IMG/VR virus record: IMGVR_UViG_3300032236_001613
Coordinates: 62,001 to 126,000 of that record
Strand: one strand, 5' to 3'
DNA length: 64,000 nucleotides
Part shown: one piece after another, positions 1-8,632 of the stretch
Layout of the letters: every line of letters begins with the position of its first letter
How positions within the stretch are numbered: position 1 is the first letter of the stretch
The notes under the pieces: model-generated
Seen by the model: the letters and a program-made list of their open reading frames with translations, nothing else
What the model was told of the DNA's origin: nothing
Databases searched by the model: none
Position numbers and translations under genes: made by a program

Positions 1-132
1 AGTGATGTGATAACGCAAACCGCCCGAGGCAGTGCCATTGCCCGAAAGCATACGAGCTACAGCACGCACACTCTTGAACGTGCGGCGCTCGCCCGAAGGA
101 AAAGTAACGTCAATCTTGATTGCCTTGTTCAT
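1..132 (-). CDS. Partial small protein (runs off left edge); paralog of 10198..10398
   Basis: Manual translation MNKAIKIDVTFPSGERRTFKSVRAVARMLSGNGTASGGLR; GGAG RBS; shares AVARMLSGNGT.SGGLR with 10198..10398. Confidence 0.8.
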   Translation of the reverse strand, partial: MNKAIKIDVTFPSGERRTFKSVRAVARMLSGNGTASGGLRYHIT

Positions 133-239
133 GTCATTTGCTCCTGTTTGTGATGACATTTACTAACTCAACGCATGTAGTCTACAGTCTTTTATCCAAC
201 CTGTCAACTACTTTTTACCAACTTTCTTCAAACAATTTT

Positions 240-314
240 TGGTAGGACCGGAGAGATTCGAACTCTCGACCAACGGATTAAAAGTCCGCTGCTCTACCGC
301 TGAGCTACGATCCC
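240..314 (-). tRNA. tRNA-Lys(UUU)
   Basis: Reverse complement folds to a cloverleaf: acceptor GGGATCG/CGGTCCT, anticodon loop CTTTTAA, T-loop TTCGAAT, encoded CCA. Confidence 0.95.
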
Positions 315-336
315 ATTCGAAACTAGTGTATACTAC

Positions 337-504
337 TTAATAAGCGTCTGTAACCTCGCGGTCCGTACGCCAGTTGTAGCGCAATTCCCGCTCATGGTCC
401 TTGGCACTCTTGTGTGTACGAGGACGGTTAAATGTGTTAAGATTGCGGGCTACAGGATTGCTCTTGCGGCGCCGGTTCTTGTCCAAATAGTTGTGATCGT
501 TCAC
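337..504 (-). CDS. Small basic protein (55 aa, GTG start)
   Basis: Manual translation MNDHNYLDKNRRRKSNPVARNLNTFNRPRTHKSAKDHERELRYNW...; GGAG RBS. Confidence 0.6.
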   Translation of the reverse strand: MNDHNYLDKNRRRKSNPVARNLNTFNRPRTHKSAKDHERELRYNWRTDREVTDAY

Positions 505-641
505 TGTCTGCTCCTGGCAGCGTTTAGTGTCTATACAGTATACGCAGCCCGTGGGGTAAGGTCAACCACTCCCCAAGAAATATTTTTTTAAGCTTGAACT
601 AGGTCGTGGGGCAGGATCCCAAGATTTGGATCTCATGATTC

Positions 642-671
642 TTGACATCTTGTGGGGCAAAATCATATAAT
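642..671 (+). promoter_or_regulatory. Consensus sigma70-type promoter facing against the left-arm genes
   Basis: TTGACA (642-647), 18 nt, TATAAT (666-671). Confidence 0.65.
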
Positions 672-967
672 ATAGGCTGAAATTTGTGGCAAAAGTGCCA
701 CAAAATCGGAGGTTCTCTTGACCATTTCTTGAGATTTTGAGAGGAAAAGTTTAGAAAATTTTGGGCAAAATTGAGGTTGACCTCCTCGGGGATGAGAGGC
801 TATGCTAGAATACTTCTCTCACCTTTCGCCATCATTCTGGCCATTTTTTCGTCATTATTTCAGATGTTTTGGCCATTTTTTCTCATTGTTCTCATCAGAA
901 TTTCTACACACGGAGAGTGTGTATAGATTCAGAGTTTTATCGTTGTTAGTCGATGATGAGTCTACTG

Positions 968-1201
968 TTAATCAAAGTTACCAATGGATAGAGTCACGCT
1001 TGAACGGATTACGCGAGCCAAGAGTAGGATTGCAGCAGTATGTTGGATATCAAGCTGTTGAGTAGTCCAATGATAGTAGTTAACCACAGCCCAGTTCCAT
1101 AGTTGACTAACCAGTACAGCAGCGAATAGTACAGCTACGATTGTTAGAGCTGTGCGTAAGAACAGTTCGTTCCAGGAGGGTAGTTTGTTTGTGTCTAACA
1201 T
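968..1201 (-). CDS. Small membrane protein
   Basis: Hydrophobic segment; TAAGGA RBS; upstream -35/-10 at ~1238-1266. Confidence 0.65.
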   Translation of the reverse strand: MLDTNKLPSWNELFLRTALTIVAVLFAAVLVSQLWNWAVVNYYHWTTQQLDIQHTAAILLLARVIRSSVTLSIGNFD

Positions 1202-1330
1202 AGTGATCGGATCCTTATGTGTTAGTGTGTAGAGAGTATTGTACGAGGGTTAGTTGGAGATGTCAAGTGTTAGTAAAAAATCTGCGCGATACGCTAGTGC
1301 GTAGTATTCTACAGCGGGGTATTATGGTCG

Positions 1331-1603
1331 TTAGGCAAAAGTATGTATCCAACGCCAGTCGCTGTACTTAAGTAGCAATAGAGTGTATTCTGGTGGAGTG
1401 TGTATAGTTAGCAGTTCGATATCGCCTCTTTCTATTAGAGGAGCTGCCACTTTGTATTCGCGTCGTCCAGGAGGGAGTTCTTTAACACAGTAGTGGGCAA
1501 ATGTCAGTTGATGATAGCCGCCCACTTCCTGTATGTAACATAACAAGTGATCGATTTTAAAGTATCTAGGCCAATTAGTTGCGATCATCGCGAGATAGTG
1601 CAA
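1331..1603 (-). CDS. Hypothetical protein
   Basis: ORF in minus-strand run. Confidence 0.5.
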   Translation of the reverse strand: MHYLAMIATNWPRYFKIDHLLCYIQEVGGYHQLTFAHYCVKELPPGRREYKVAAPLIERGDIELLTIHTPPEYTLLLLKYSDWRWIHTFA

Positions 1604-1766
1604 ACAAGCGGTAGATATTGTAGACAGTAATCACTGCTGCTGCTGTAAAAATGATCTTCAGTAGGACTGCGCCCGCAGGTGGGTAGAGGTAAGCCACTAC
1701 GAAAACTGCAAAAATAGTAGCCAATAACAGGGCTGTCTTAGCAGCCGCAACCATATCGATATTCAT
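1575..1766 (-). CDS. Small two-TM membrane protein
   Basis: Two hydrophobic helices; AGGAG RBS. Confidence 0.7.
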   Translation of the reverse strand: MNIDMVAAAKTALLLATIFAVFVVAYLYPPAGAVLLKIIFTAAAVITVYNIYRLFALSRDDRN

Positions 1767-1820
1767 AATCTTCTGCTCCTTTTTAAAGTGTGTACATTAT
1801 ACTAGAGTTAGAGTCGGCTG

Positions 1821-2210
1821 TCAACGACGCTGCAGCAGCTCGGTCAAGCAGCGGGCCAAGTAGTAGTCTTCGTGCTCAATAGCACGTACAGCCAAACTTT
1901 TGACATTAGCCCAAAGATCGGGTTGACTGTCCTCTGCAGCGTAGTGTTCTTCGACCTGCACACCACGAGTCTTCAACTGCTCAATCAACTCTGGATAGGC
2001 TGCGTCGTTGCGAACATAAACACCCTGTTCGCTGTCGTAGACCTGCGTGTTGACTCTAAGCCGCACCGGGTCCAGAGTCTCAGTAACAGCTTTGGACTGC
2101 CGAAGATCCATGCTGGTCAACTCGCGAATGGCCTTAATCACCCGAACACGATAATCGCCCAGACTTTCTGCGGGCATGACGATGGTGATCTCTTTGGGCA
2201 AACGGATCAT
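1821..2210 (-). CDS. Ribosomal protein bL12 (L7/L12) C-terminal-domain-like protein
   Basis: RVRVIKAIRELTSMDLRQSKAVTE resembles bL12 CTD [24 protein letters not shown]; start moved to ATG 2210 (TAAGGAG RBS, promoter at 2238-2266). Confidence 0.65.
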   Translation of the reverse strand: MIRLPKEITIVMPAESLGDYRVRVIKAIRELTSMDLRQSKAVTETLDPVRLRVNTQVYDSEQGVYVRNDAAYPELIEQLKTRGVQVEEHYAAEDSQPDLWANVKSLAVRAIEHEDYYLARCLTELLQRR

Positions 2211-2269
2211 ATCTAGCTCCTTAGTTAGTAAGCCGTTATTATACTGGAGTTTTACCAGAATGTCAAATA

Positions 2270-2430
2270 GACCCGGGCTAACTCTAGACAATTACATTGC
2301 CGAAAGTTTGCTATCTTGTCCAACCCCCGGGCAGCTGGACTCAACAGGGTTATGTACTCATTTCGTAATGCAGAGCAGCGGCTACCAAAACCCTGCTAAC
2401 ACCTTGCCCGGCTCTGTTTTGTCATTACCC
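2270..2430 (-). ncRNA. Candidate structured ncRNA with pseudoknot
   Basis: ORF-free unit between two promoters; nested stems GTAATG/CATTAC and CAGAGC/GCTCTG; loop CAGGGTT can pair with downstream AACCCTG. Confidence 0.45.
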
Positions 2431-2458
2431 GTACATTATAGCAGGTTTTACCAGAATG

Positions 2459-3001
2459 TCAAGCCCGATCTACAGGTTGCCAAATACACTGATCCCAAGT
2501 GGATACTTTGATGTGGTCTTGACTGTCCGTATCGGATTGTGCTAGAAATAGCTCCTCGTATTCGGCCGGATTGTAGGCTATTAGATTGTCTACTTCCATG
2601 CCAAACGGAACGTCGCTTTCTTGATCCTGAAACACCCAACGTCCGGGTTCAATTTCACGCATAGCGAACCGTTCACGAGCTTCTTCGTCAAGTCCTACTA
2701 CACGTAGGCAATGACAGGGCTTGCCGTTTGTAGAGTTGTATAGTGCTTCACTAGTGATCACGTAATAATAGTTAGATCCACTATCTTCCATAGGCTTACG
2801 CTCGCGTACTCGATCGCCGACCTTAAATGGGCTAGGGATCTGTCTGTTCTTTCGAGCAGTAGCAGCCAATTCATCCATTTCTTTTATAAATTCCTTCAAC
2901 TTATCCGTATGCTCTTGTTCTTTTTTTGTAGACTTGATTAACTGGTTGATCAACCAGTATACGATTAATACTCCAATGATACATTGTACGATCATGACCA
3001 T
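2459..3001 (-). CDS. Membrane-anchored hypothetical protein
   Basis: N-terminal TM, FKVGDRVR motif, C-terminal WDQCIWQP shared with 12988..13353. Confidence 0.75.
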   Translation of the reverse strand: MVMIVQCIIGVLIVYWLINQLIKSTKKEQEHTDKLKEFIKEMDELAATARKNRQIPSPFKVGDRVRERKPMEDSGSNYYYVITSEALYNSTNGKPCHCLRVVGLDEEARERFAMREIEPGRWVFQDQESDVPFGMEVDNLIAYNPAEYEELFLAQSDTDSQDHIKVSTWDQCIWQPVDRA

Positions 3002-3004
3002 GGT

Positions 3005-3373
3005 TTATACTCCTCCAAACCAGCTAGTATACCAAGACTTTTTGGGTTTATACTGTTCTTGCTGTTTAGCTTCGCGTGCTATATACTCTTGTTCCTTATA
3101 GGCGGCCAGTTCTCGACGAGCGTCACGGCCATTTTCGATAGCTTGCTCCAAATCTCGTCGGTTTTGATATGCCCGATGATGTAGGTGATCAATTTCTTCG
3201 GCAGCTTCTCTTATTTGTCGTTTGTAGTCTGCTAACAAGGCAGCGGAACGTGCAGTTTCATCTTTAAGTTCTTGGATGTGCAGGCGCTGTAATTCCACAA
3301 TGGTGGTGCTATCTGCCAACATAGTGGCCAATTGGTCTTTGTCCAAATTAAGCAGATCGGGTTTGCTCAACAT
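3005..3373 (-). CDS. Coiled-coil protein
   Basis: Heptad-like helix, aromatic C-terminus KKSWYTSWFGGV; AGGAG RBS. Confidence 0.75.
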   Translation of the reverse strand: MLSKPDLLNLDKDQLATMLADSTTIVELQRLHIQELKDETARSAALLADYKRQIREAAEEIDHLHHRAYQNRRDLEQAIENGRDARRELAAYKEQEYIAREAKQQEQYKPKKSWYTSWFGGV

Positions 3374-3376
3374 TGT

Positions 3377-3574
3377 TTACTCCTTTTCTTTAAACTCGGG
3401 CATATGCTGAGACCAATCATATGTACCTACTTCATGATCCTCAGTCGGTTCTGGCAGTTGGAGTTTCAAAGCTTTGATCTCATCTTTAAGAGCACGGTTC
3501 TTGGCACGCAGGCCTGCTACAGTTTTCTCCAGCTGCTCACTGTACTCTTCGTAACTAAATTTGGGTCGAGACAT
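3377..3574 (-). CDS. Small coiled-coil protein
   Basis: RBS; directly downstream of promoter 3606-3634. Confidence 0.75.
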   Translation of the reverse strand: MSRPKFSYEEYSEQLEKTVAGLRAKNRALKDEIKALKLQLPEPTEDHEVGTYDWSQHMPEFKEKE

Positions 3575-3636
3575 TTCTGTTGCTCCTTACTGTCTAAGTG
3601 CGTATATTATACTAAGGTTTTACCGAAAGGTCAAGT

Positions 3637-3906
3637 CTATTTTTCAGTTTTGATTGCCTTAGCCACCATAGCTTCAATTTCTTTAACCACAGCAGCCAGT
3701 ATTGAACGGTAATATAATGATAGATTGTGTGCTATAACCCACACGATAGCCAATGTCCCGTAGAAGATCTTAGGTGGTTCGTGCCATAGTAAGGCACCTA
3801 GTGAGGTCCATGCAGCAATAGCGATAGCGAGCCGCTGTAGCAGCTCGCTTCGGCTAATGTTAGTAGTTACTCGAACTTCACTCACCATCAAACCCGCTTC
3901 ATGCAA
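3637..3906 (-). CDS. Small membrane protein
   Basis: Two hydrophobic segments; true start may be downstream of the annotated one. Confidence 0.55.
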   Translation of the reverse strand: MHEAGLMVSEVRVTTNISRSELLQRLAIAIAAWTSLGALLWHEPPKIFYGTLAIVWVIAHNLSLYYRSILAAVVKEIEAMVAKAIKTEK

Positions 3907-4727
3907 GTAATTTCAGCGAAGTTCGTCCAACTGTCCGGAAAGGCTACCTTCAAGTCTGCAATCTTAATCACAGCACGACATGACAGCTCCAACATACGCT
4001 CGCTATTATCATGAATGAAGTCAAGAATTGCTTTCTTTTCTTCTTCTTCGAAGCTGTACTTCTGCAGCATACCTGATTCAGTAACGTGACGCAGCCAGAT
4101 CAGCTTTTCACGATCGGTATCCATCTGTAGGTCAATGTAGTGGCAACGCGACTCAATCGCCTTCAAGTGGTTACGGAGTTTCTTAGAGCGCACGAAATCA
4201 AACTTCAAGTTGGTAATGAAGATTGCGCCACCCAAGAACTCAAAGCGATCTGGAATACCTTCACGTCGTAGCAAGCGACTGTCCTTGTTCCATGAAATGA
4301 AACGACGTTCGCTACTGTCAAGAGCGCCTTTAAGAGTGTTCAAGCTCTCTTCTTCTTCAAGTACAGTATCACAGTCGTCAAAGCCGATCACGTTCTTTTC
4401 TTCGCGGAACTCAAAGAGTTTAGCATATAGACCAATGCTAGATGCTGTACCTTTGACAATCTCATAGCGTGGCTTGCGACCGGCCAGTAGATTAAACAGA
4501 TCATCCTTAGCCAGGATTTCGCCTACGCCGTGGCTCTTGCCTACGCCAGCAGGACCTGATACAATAAGAGCACGAACGTGGCCTTGCTTAACGGCGCGGG
4601 TTACGTCGTGGAATACCTTAAAACGATTTTGCAAGCGGGTAAGAATCTGTGCATCAGTTTCTTTAGCAACAGACTTAGCAACGTCGGCAATACGATCCTG
4701 ATCCAATTCAATGGTGCTTTTGGTCAT
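3888..4727 (-). CDS. Phage P-loop (AAA-type) ATPase
   Basis: Walker A GPAGVGKS, Walker B IGFDDCD, sensor-like IFITN, ESRC arginine-finger region. Confidence 0.85.
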   Translation of the reverse strand: MTKSTIELDQDRIADVAKSVAKETDAQILTRLQNRFKVFHDVTRAVKQGHVRALIVSGPAGVGKSHGVGEILAKDDLFNLLAGRKPRYEIVKGTASSIGLYAKLFEFREEKNVIGFDDCDTVLEEEESLNTLKGALDSSERRFISWNKDSRLLRREGIPDRFEFLGGAIFITNLKFDFVRSKKLRNHLKAIESRCHYIDLQMDTDREKLIWLRHVTESGMLQKYSFEEEEKKAILDFIHDNSERMLELSCRAVIKIADLKVAFPDSWTNFAEITCMKRV

Positions 4728-4800
4728 TTAAGGTCCTTAAAAAGTAGAATTAATTACGCATCAACAGGTATATTATACTGCAAAGACCCTAATGGGTCAA

Positions 4801-5082
4801 TTAAGACTTAGTATCTTTGAGTACTCGTTTAATCATCTTCTGAAGCATTTGGTTGTTCGACTCGGAATCTTCTAGTTCGGCAGTCAAACGGGCGACCTGA
4901 GCAGTCAAACGCTCAACTTCGATCTTTTGGCGCTCTAGATCGTTCTGTAACTGCTGCTGTTGGGTTCGCGCATTCTGGGCGTCTAGTTTATATGCGTCAC
5001 GGCTTTTGATAGCTAGGGCTGCTAGCTCCATAAGCGGAGTGTCTGCAGTAGGTACAGGGTTATTGGCGGGTTCTAGTTTCAT
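4801..5082 (-). CDS. Coiled-coil protein
   Basis: Heptad pattern; AAGGA RBS; upstream promoter. Confidence 0.7.
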   Translation of the reverse strand: MKLEPANNPVPTADTPLMELAALAIKSRDAYKLDAQNARTQQQQLQNDLERQKIEVERLTAQVARLTAELEDSESNNQMLQKMIKRVLKDTKS

Positions 5083-5158
5083 AGTATGGACATCCTTCTA
5101 GTGTAGTAATTATCCAGGTAGATAACTATACACTAGAAGTTTTGGATAGTCAACCAGA

Positions 5159-5365
5159 TTATTCTGCAAATTCTTGCTCTTGGTAGTAAGCCAAGAGTTC
5201 GCGTTGAATAGTAGGAATCATCTCACCATCGCTTTCAATAGTAAAGCGGATAGGTGCATGACGCCAACTCTGTGTACGCTGGAACTCAGCGAACAGTTTT
5301 CGATGTCGAGCATTAGTTACATCAAACAATTCGTAAGGACGCATATGCAGATTCAATCGGCTCAT
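5159..5365 (-). CDS. Hypothetical protein
   Basis: AAGGAG RBS, compact operon spacing. Confidence 0.7.
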   Translation of the reverse strand: MSRLNLHMRPYELFDVTNARHRKLFAEFQRTQSWRHAPIRFTIESDGEMIPTIQRELLAYYQEQEFAE

Positions 5366-5380
5366 GGTCGTTCTCCTTAG

Positions 5381-5662
5381 TTAGGCTGCAACGGATTCGG
5401 ATTTCTTCTGTGTCTTAGTGCGCCGGGCTAGGCCGTCTTCAAGAGCTGCACGGACCTCAGCACGCCCATCATCAAAGTCAATGCTGATCAAGTATTCGAT
5501 AGCAGCGATCTTAGTCATGGGTTCGGGCAATTCGATCATATCAATGCAGTCATGATCAGTTTTGGCCAAAACCTTAACGCGAGCTGCATCGGTAGCAAAC
5601 CTGGTTTTGAACTGGCCTTTCAAACGGCTAACGCCGGCGTGTGTAAAAAGTTTATCAGTCAT
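5381..5662 (-). CDS. Hypothetical protein
   Basis: GAGGAG RBS; promoter ~5691-5720. Confidence 0.75.
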   Translation of the reverse strand: MTDKLFTHAGVSRLKGQFKTRFATDAARVKVLAKTDHDCIDMIELPEPMTKIAAIEYLISIDFDDGRAEVRAALEDGLARRTKTQKKSESVAA

Positions 5663-5726
5663 TTTGTCAACTCCTCTGTCTGTGTGCGTGTATTATACGA
5701 AACACAGACAGAGTTGTCAACCATTT

Positions 5727-6011
5727 TTAGTTCAAGCGTGGTGGTTCAGGATCGTATTCATCTTCGGTAGCGTACTGGTCTTCTGGATCGTAAGGCATAG
5801 TAGTCTCCTCTGTATCAGTGTCGTTATCAGTGTCAATCTCTTCCTCGTAGAATTCTCTAGCGGAATCGAGTTCGTCCTCAAAGTCGTCATCGCAGTAGTG
5901 CATAATATCGGCCAAAAGATCTGCAGGGCAAGTCCAAGTGGTGCCGTCGTTGCTAGCCAGCAGATCACGGATACGCTGCACAGCCTGTTGGTGTAGGGTC
6001 AAAGTAGTCAT
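5727..6011 (-). CDS. Acidic hypothetical protein
   Basis: Start moved to ATG 6011 (AAGGAG RBS); D/E-rich tail. Confidence 0.7.
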   Translation of the reverse strand: MTTLTLHQQAVQRIRDLLASNDGTTWTCPADLLADIMHYCDDDFEDELDSAREFYEEEIDTDNDTDTEETTMPYDPEDQYATEDEYDPEPPRLN

Positions 6012-6067
6012 TGTCCGTGCTCCTTTTGTTAAGTGTATATTATACAATCAACTAGGTATTGAGTCAA

Positions 6068-6424
6068 CTATTCGTCATTGTCGCATATTTCGCAAGGTTC
6101 CCAAGGTAATGCTCCGTGTGTGCAAGGTTTAGGGTCAGATTTCTTGGGAAGTGGAAGGTTCTTTAAAGGAGTAGTGCTGAATTCAGCAGATCGAACTACT
6201 CTTTTTAGTTCGTTGTCCCGAACTCTTTTATGAATGGGCTTTTCTTTTGCTGGGGTATCTCTTTCTGGAGGTTTTGAGTTCCTCAGTGTTTGTATCAAAC
6301 TATCTGTGTGAGCTACAGCAGATTGTGCTATCTTTATAGGATCCAATTTTTCGTTTGCTATGTTAGCCAACATTCCTTGCATGGCCATAGCCGCGATTTG
6401 CTCTCGTTTAGTTAAGTGCTTCAT
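6068..6424 (-). CDS. Hypothetical protein
   Basis: LTKRE.IAAMAMQG.LA motif common in small phage proteins; C-terminal CxH..CxxC. Confidence 0.7.
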   Translation of the reverse strand: MKHLTKREQIAAMAMQGMLANIANEKLDPIKIAQSAVAHTDSLIQTLRNSKPPERDTPAKEKPIHKRVRDNELKRVVRSAEFSTTPLKNLPLPKKSDPKPCTHGALPWEPCEICDNDE

Positions 6425-6471
6425 CTCTATATACCTTTGATGATACAGTATACAGAGATTCTAACCTATTG

Positions 6472-6672
6472 TCAATCGGGTTTTTTGAGCCAAAACTCCG
6501 CATCGTGTGCTATGCATTCTAGTGTGCCTGCGCCCGGGTAGTGGCGTAGAATGTGCATAGCACGTTCGCGCAAGTGTCGAGGGACTCTGGGTGTGGCTTT
6601 TGGGTTTAAGAGTTCTACTAAGAAGCGTTCTGCTGCTAGTAGAGCGCGATATCGTTCATCGGGTAGGGTCAT
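6472..6672 (-). CDS. Small conserved phage protein (BPSL0761-like)
   Basis: MTLPDERYRAL...PRVPRHLRERA..ILRHYP pattern recalled from that family. Confidence 0.6.
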   Translation of the reverse strand: MTLPDERYRALLAAERFLVELLNPKATPRVPRHLRERAMHILRHYPGAGTLECIAHDAEFWLKKPD

Positions 6673-6675
6673 TTA

Positions 6676-7305
6676 TTAATCCTCTGTATCAAGTCCGGAT
6701 AATTCTCTCATTCGTCTTGTATTAAAAAATGCAATCATTTCACCTAATTTAGCAGGCAAAGATTCGGACAAGACAAATCTATAGTTTTTGAAAGATACTT
6801 CGTTTCCAAAATATTGATTCATTTCGTCTGCATTTTTAAATGTAACGCGACTCTGTCCAGGACTGTGTATATCATAGACAGAAACATAATGTCCTTGATT
6901 GAATAATCTTTTCCAAATAGCAAACCCTTCATCACTTAACTGGTCGTCGCTGATAATGCATACTGGATAGTGAGTATCTTTGAGTACAGCATTATACAAG
7001 TTACTAGCGTAAGGAGGATGCCCGCTGTAATTAGGATCTTTGCCTACTACGTTTACCAAAAGGTTTTGTGGTTTTTTGGAAAATTCTATAGCTAGAAATA
7101 TATGTGTTTCTGTACCATACCAGTAGTAAATTGTACTTTCTAATTCAATTTTGAACAAGTCTTTAGATAACTTTTTTGGGTGTATTCCAGAAGATAATAG
7201 TTCTTTCACGTTTTGAGAAATTATAGGGTACATATCGCCTATATTATTTCTTTTGGGCATCTCTGTCAACCATGACTGGTTGAAATCAGTTCTACTCGTA
7301 GTCAT
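6676..7305 (-). CDS. AT-rich hypothetical protein, possibly virion-associated
   Basis: 209-aa ORF, markedly AT-richer than neighbours; N-terminal ..WLTE. Confidence 0.75.
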   Translation of the reverse strand: MTTSRTDFNQSWLTEMPKRNNIGDMYPIISQNVKELLSSGIHPKKLSKDLFKIELESTIYYWYGTETHIFLAIEFSKKPQNLLVNVVGKDPNYSGHPPYASNLYNAVLKDTHYPVCIISDDQLSDEGFAIWKRLFNQGHYVSVYDIHSPGQSRVTFKNADEMNQYFGNEVSFKNYRFVLSESLPAKLGEMIAFFNTRRMRELSGLDTED

Positions 7306-7308
7306 TCT

Positions 7309-7491
7309 TCAGCCCAAATCCGTTTTATAGCGAATGTGTACAGCAAAATCATAGGCTGCTTCAGGAGTCAAGCCTTTGGCTACAGCCCACCCAAGAGTCA
7401 AACTAAACCAATCTTGTGAACTGTCTGTATCGATTTCTGATGCTCTATCAGAGCATTCGGTTTTGAACAGTTCGATCAATTGTTCGTTCAT
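7309..7491 (-). CDS. Hypothetical protein (MNE- start family)
   Basis: Stop/start overlap with neighbours. Confidence 0.7.
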   Translation of the reverse strand: MNEQLIELFKTECSDRASEIDTDSSQDWFSLTLGWAVAKGLTPEAAYDFAVHIRYKTDLG

Positions 7492-7697
7492 TATTCAACT
7501 CCGAAATGATGCTTCAAAATACTACCACGGCTAACAAATGGATGATCAGCATCCTTGTCCATAATATAAGCACATTCCTTGACAATCAACTGGGCGAAAT
7601 TTTTAATAAAAACTTCTTCCAAACTGTTGGCAAAATCAAATCCTGGCAGAGGTTTATATCCAGCCTGTTCAGCAAGTTCTCTAATTCGCTCGTTCAT
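7491..7697 (-). CDS. MNERI-family small protein
   Basis: MNERIRELAEQAG..FAQLIVKEC..KHHFGVE. Confidence 0.8.
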   Translation of the reverse strand: MNERIRELAEQAGYKPLPGFDFANSLEEVFIKNFAQLIVKECAYIMDKDADHPFVSRGSILKHHFGVE

Positions 7698-7975
7698 TCT
7701 TCAATTCCGAAATGTTTTAGGATCTCGTCTCGAAGTTCACCGTTGCGAAATTCGGTAGCAAAGTCGTCCACCAAATGCACATAAAGATACTGCATAGCCT
7801 GTTCGGATTTGGGCAGTTTCAGAAATTTCTTGATACGCCGCCGTTCTTCTTTACTATATTCCTTAAGGTGATCCTTATGCACATAAAAGCCATCTGGGTC
7901 GTAATAGTCAAATTCAAATTCCGTGGCAAGATTGTGACAGCGACTTTCCATGCTTTCAACAATATATTCGTTCAT
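7694..7975 (-). CDS. Small protein sharing MNE..HFG.E ends with its neighbours
   Basis: Starts MNEY, ends LKHFGIEE; ATGA overlaps. Confidence 0.75.
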   Translation of the reverse strand: MNEYIVESMESRCHNLATEFEFDYYDPDGFYVHKDHLKEYSKEERRRIKKFLKLPKSEQAMQYLYVHLVDDFATEFRNGELRDEILKHFGIEE

Positions 7976-8178
7976 TCTTTAACTCCAAAATAACGCTTCA
8001 AACGAACAGGATACTCACTTGCGGGAAAACGATGGTCGACAAAATCCTGTATAGTCTTAGCACATTCCATAACAATCAACTCTGCGAACTTTTCAATAGC
8101 CTCTTGATCCCAAGCATCAGGAGTACCGTCGCAATACAAACCTGCTTCCTCAGCGAGAGTGTGAATACGTTCGTTCAT
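7972..8178 (-). CDS. MNERI-family small protein
   Basis: MNERIHTLAEEAG..FAELIVMEC..RYFGVKE. Confidence 0.8.
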   Translation of the reverse strand: MNERIHTLAEEAGLYCDGTPDAWDQEAIEKFAELIVMECAKTIQDFVDHRFPASEYPVRLKRYFGVKE

Positions 8179-8390
8179 TATTCAAAGACCTTAACAACTT
8201 CTTTATGCACCCGCTTGTCTGTCTGTAGGTATTCAACCCAGTTTTCAGCATCTGCGAGGTCGTGAAATTTACCATCTCGCTTAGTAGGATGCCAGATGTT
8301 AATCCAAAACAAGCCTAAACACTTGCTCTGTATCGCATACTGTGGGCGTCCGTAGTAGGCGCCGCTATGCTTAACAATACGGTATTTCAT
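8178..8390 (-). CDS. Hypothetical protein
   Basis: MKYRIV..Y.IQ.K.L.FW pattern; coupled overlaps. Confidence 0.7.
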   Translation of the reverse strand: MKYRIVKHSGAYYGRPQYAIQSKCLGLFWINIWHPTKRDGKFHDLADAENWVEYLQTDKRVHKEVVKVFE

Positions 8391-8632
8391 GCTTCACCTT
8401 CTACTAATGACAAGTTGTATTCACGAATTATAGGCTTTTCATTATTGATAGAGCAAGGATCTTCCATCACGATAAGACGTGTGTCGTCGATAACATAGAT
8501 AACAGTTGGATCTTCTAGCCCTTCAAGAAAAACCCGATGCATCATAGCGTGTTTACTAACGCCCCACCAAGTAGGGTAATCGATCTTTTCCCAATCCAAC
8601 GAAAAAAGAAACAGGATAGGTGGTGCTTTCAT
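8387..8632 (-). CDS. Hypothetical protein
   Basis: ATGA overlaps on both sides. Confidence 0.65.
   Translation of the reverse strand: MKAPPILFLFSLDWEKIDYPTWWGVSKHAMMHRVFLEGLEDPTVIYVIDDTRLIVMEDPCSINNEKPIIREYNLSLVEGEA

Noticed and set aside
240-314. tRNA-Lys as a prophage attachment site
   Set aside because: No integrase, no duplicated tRNA 3' end and no host genes in the window
2211-2291. N-terminal extension of ORF 1821..2291
   Set aside because: Spans a promoter and an RBS; the real start is ATG 2210
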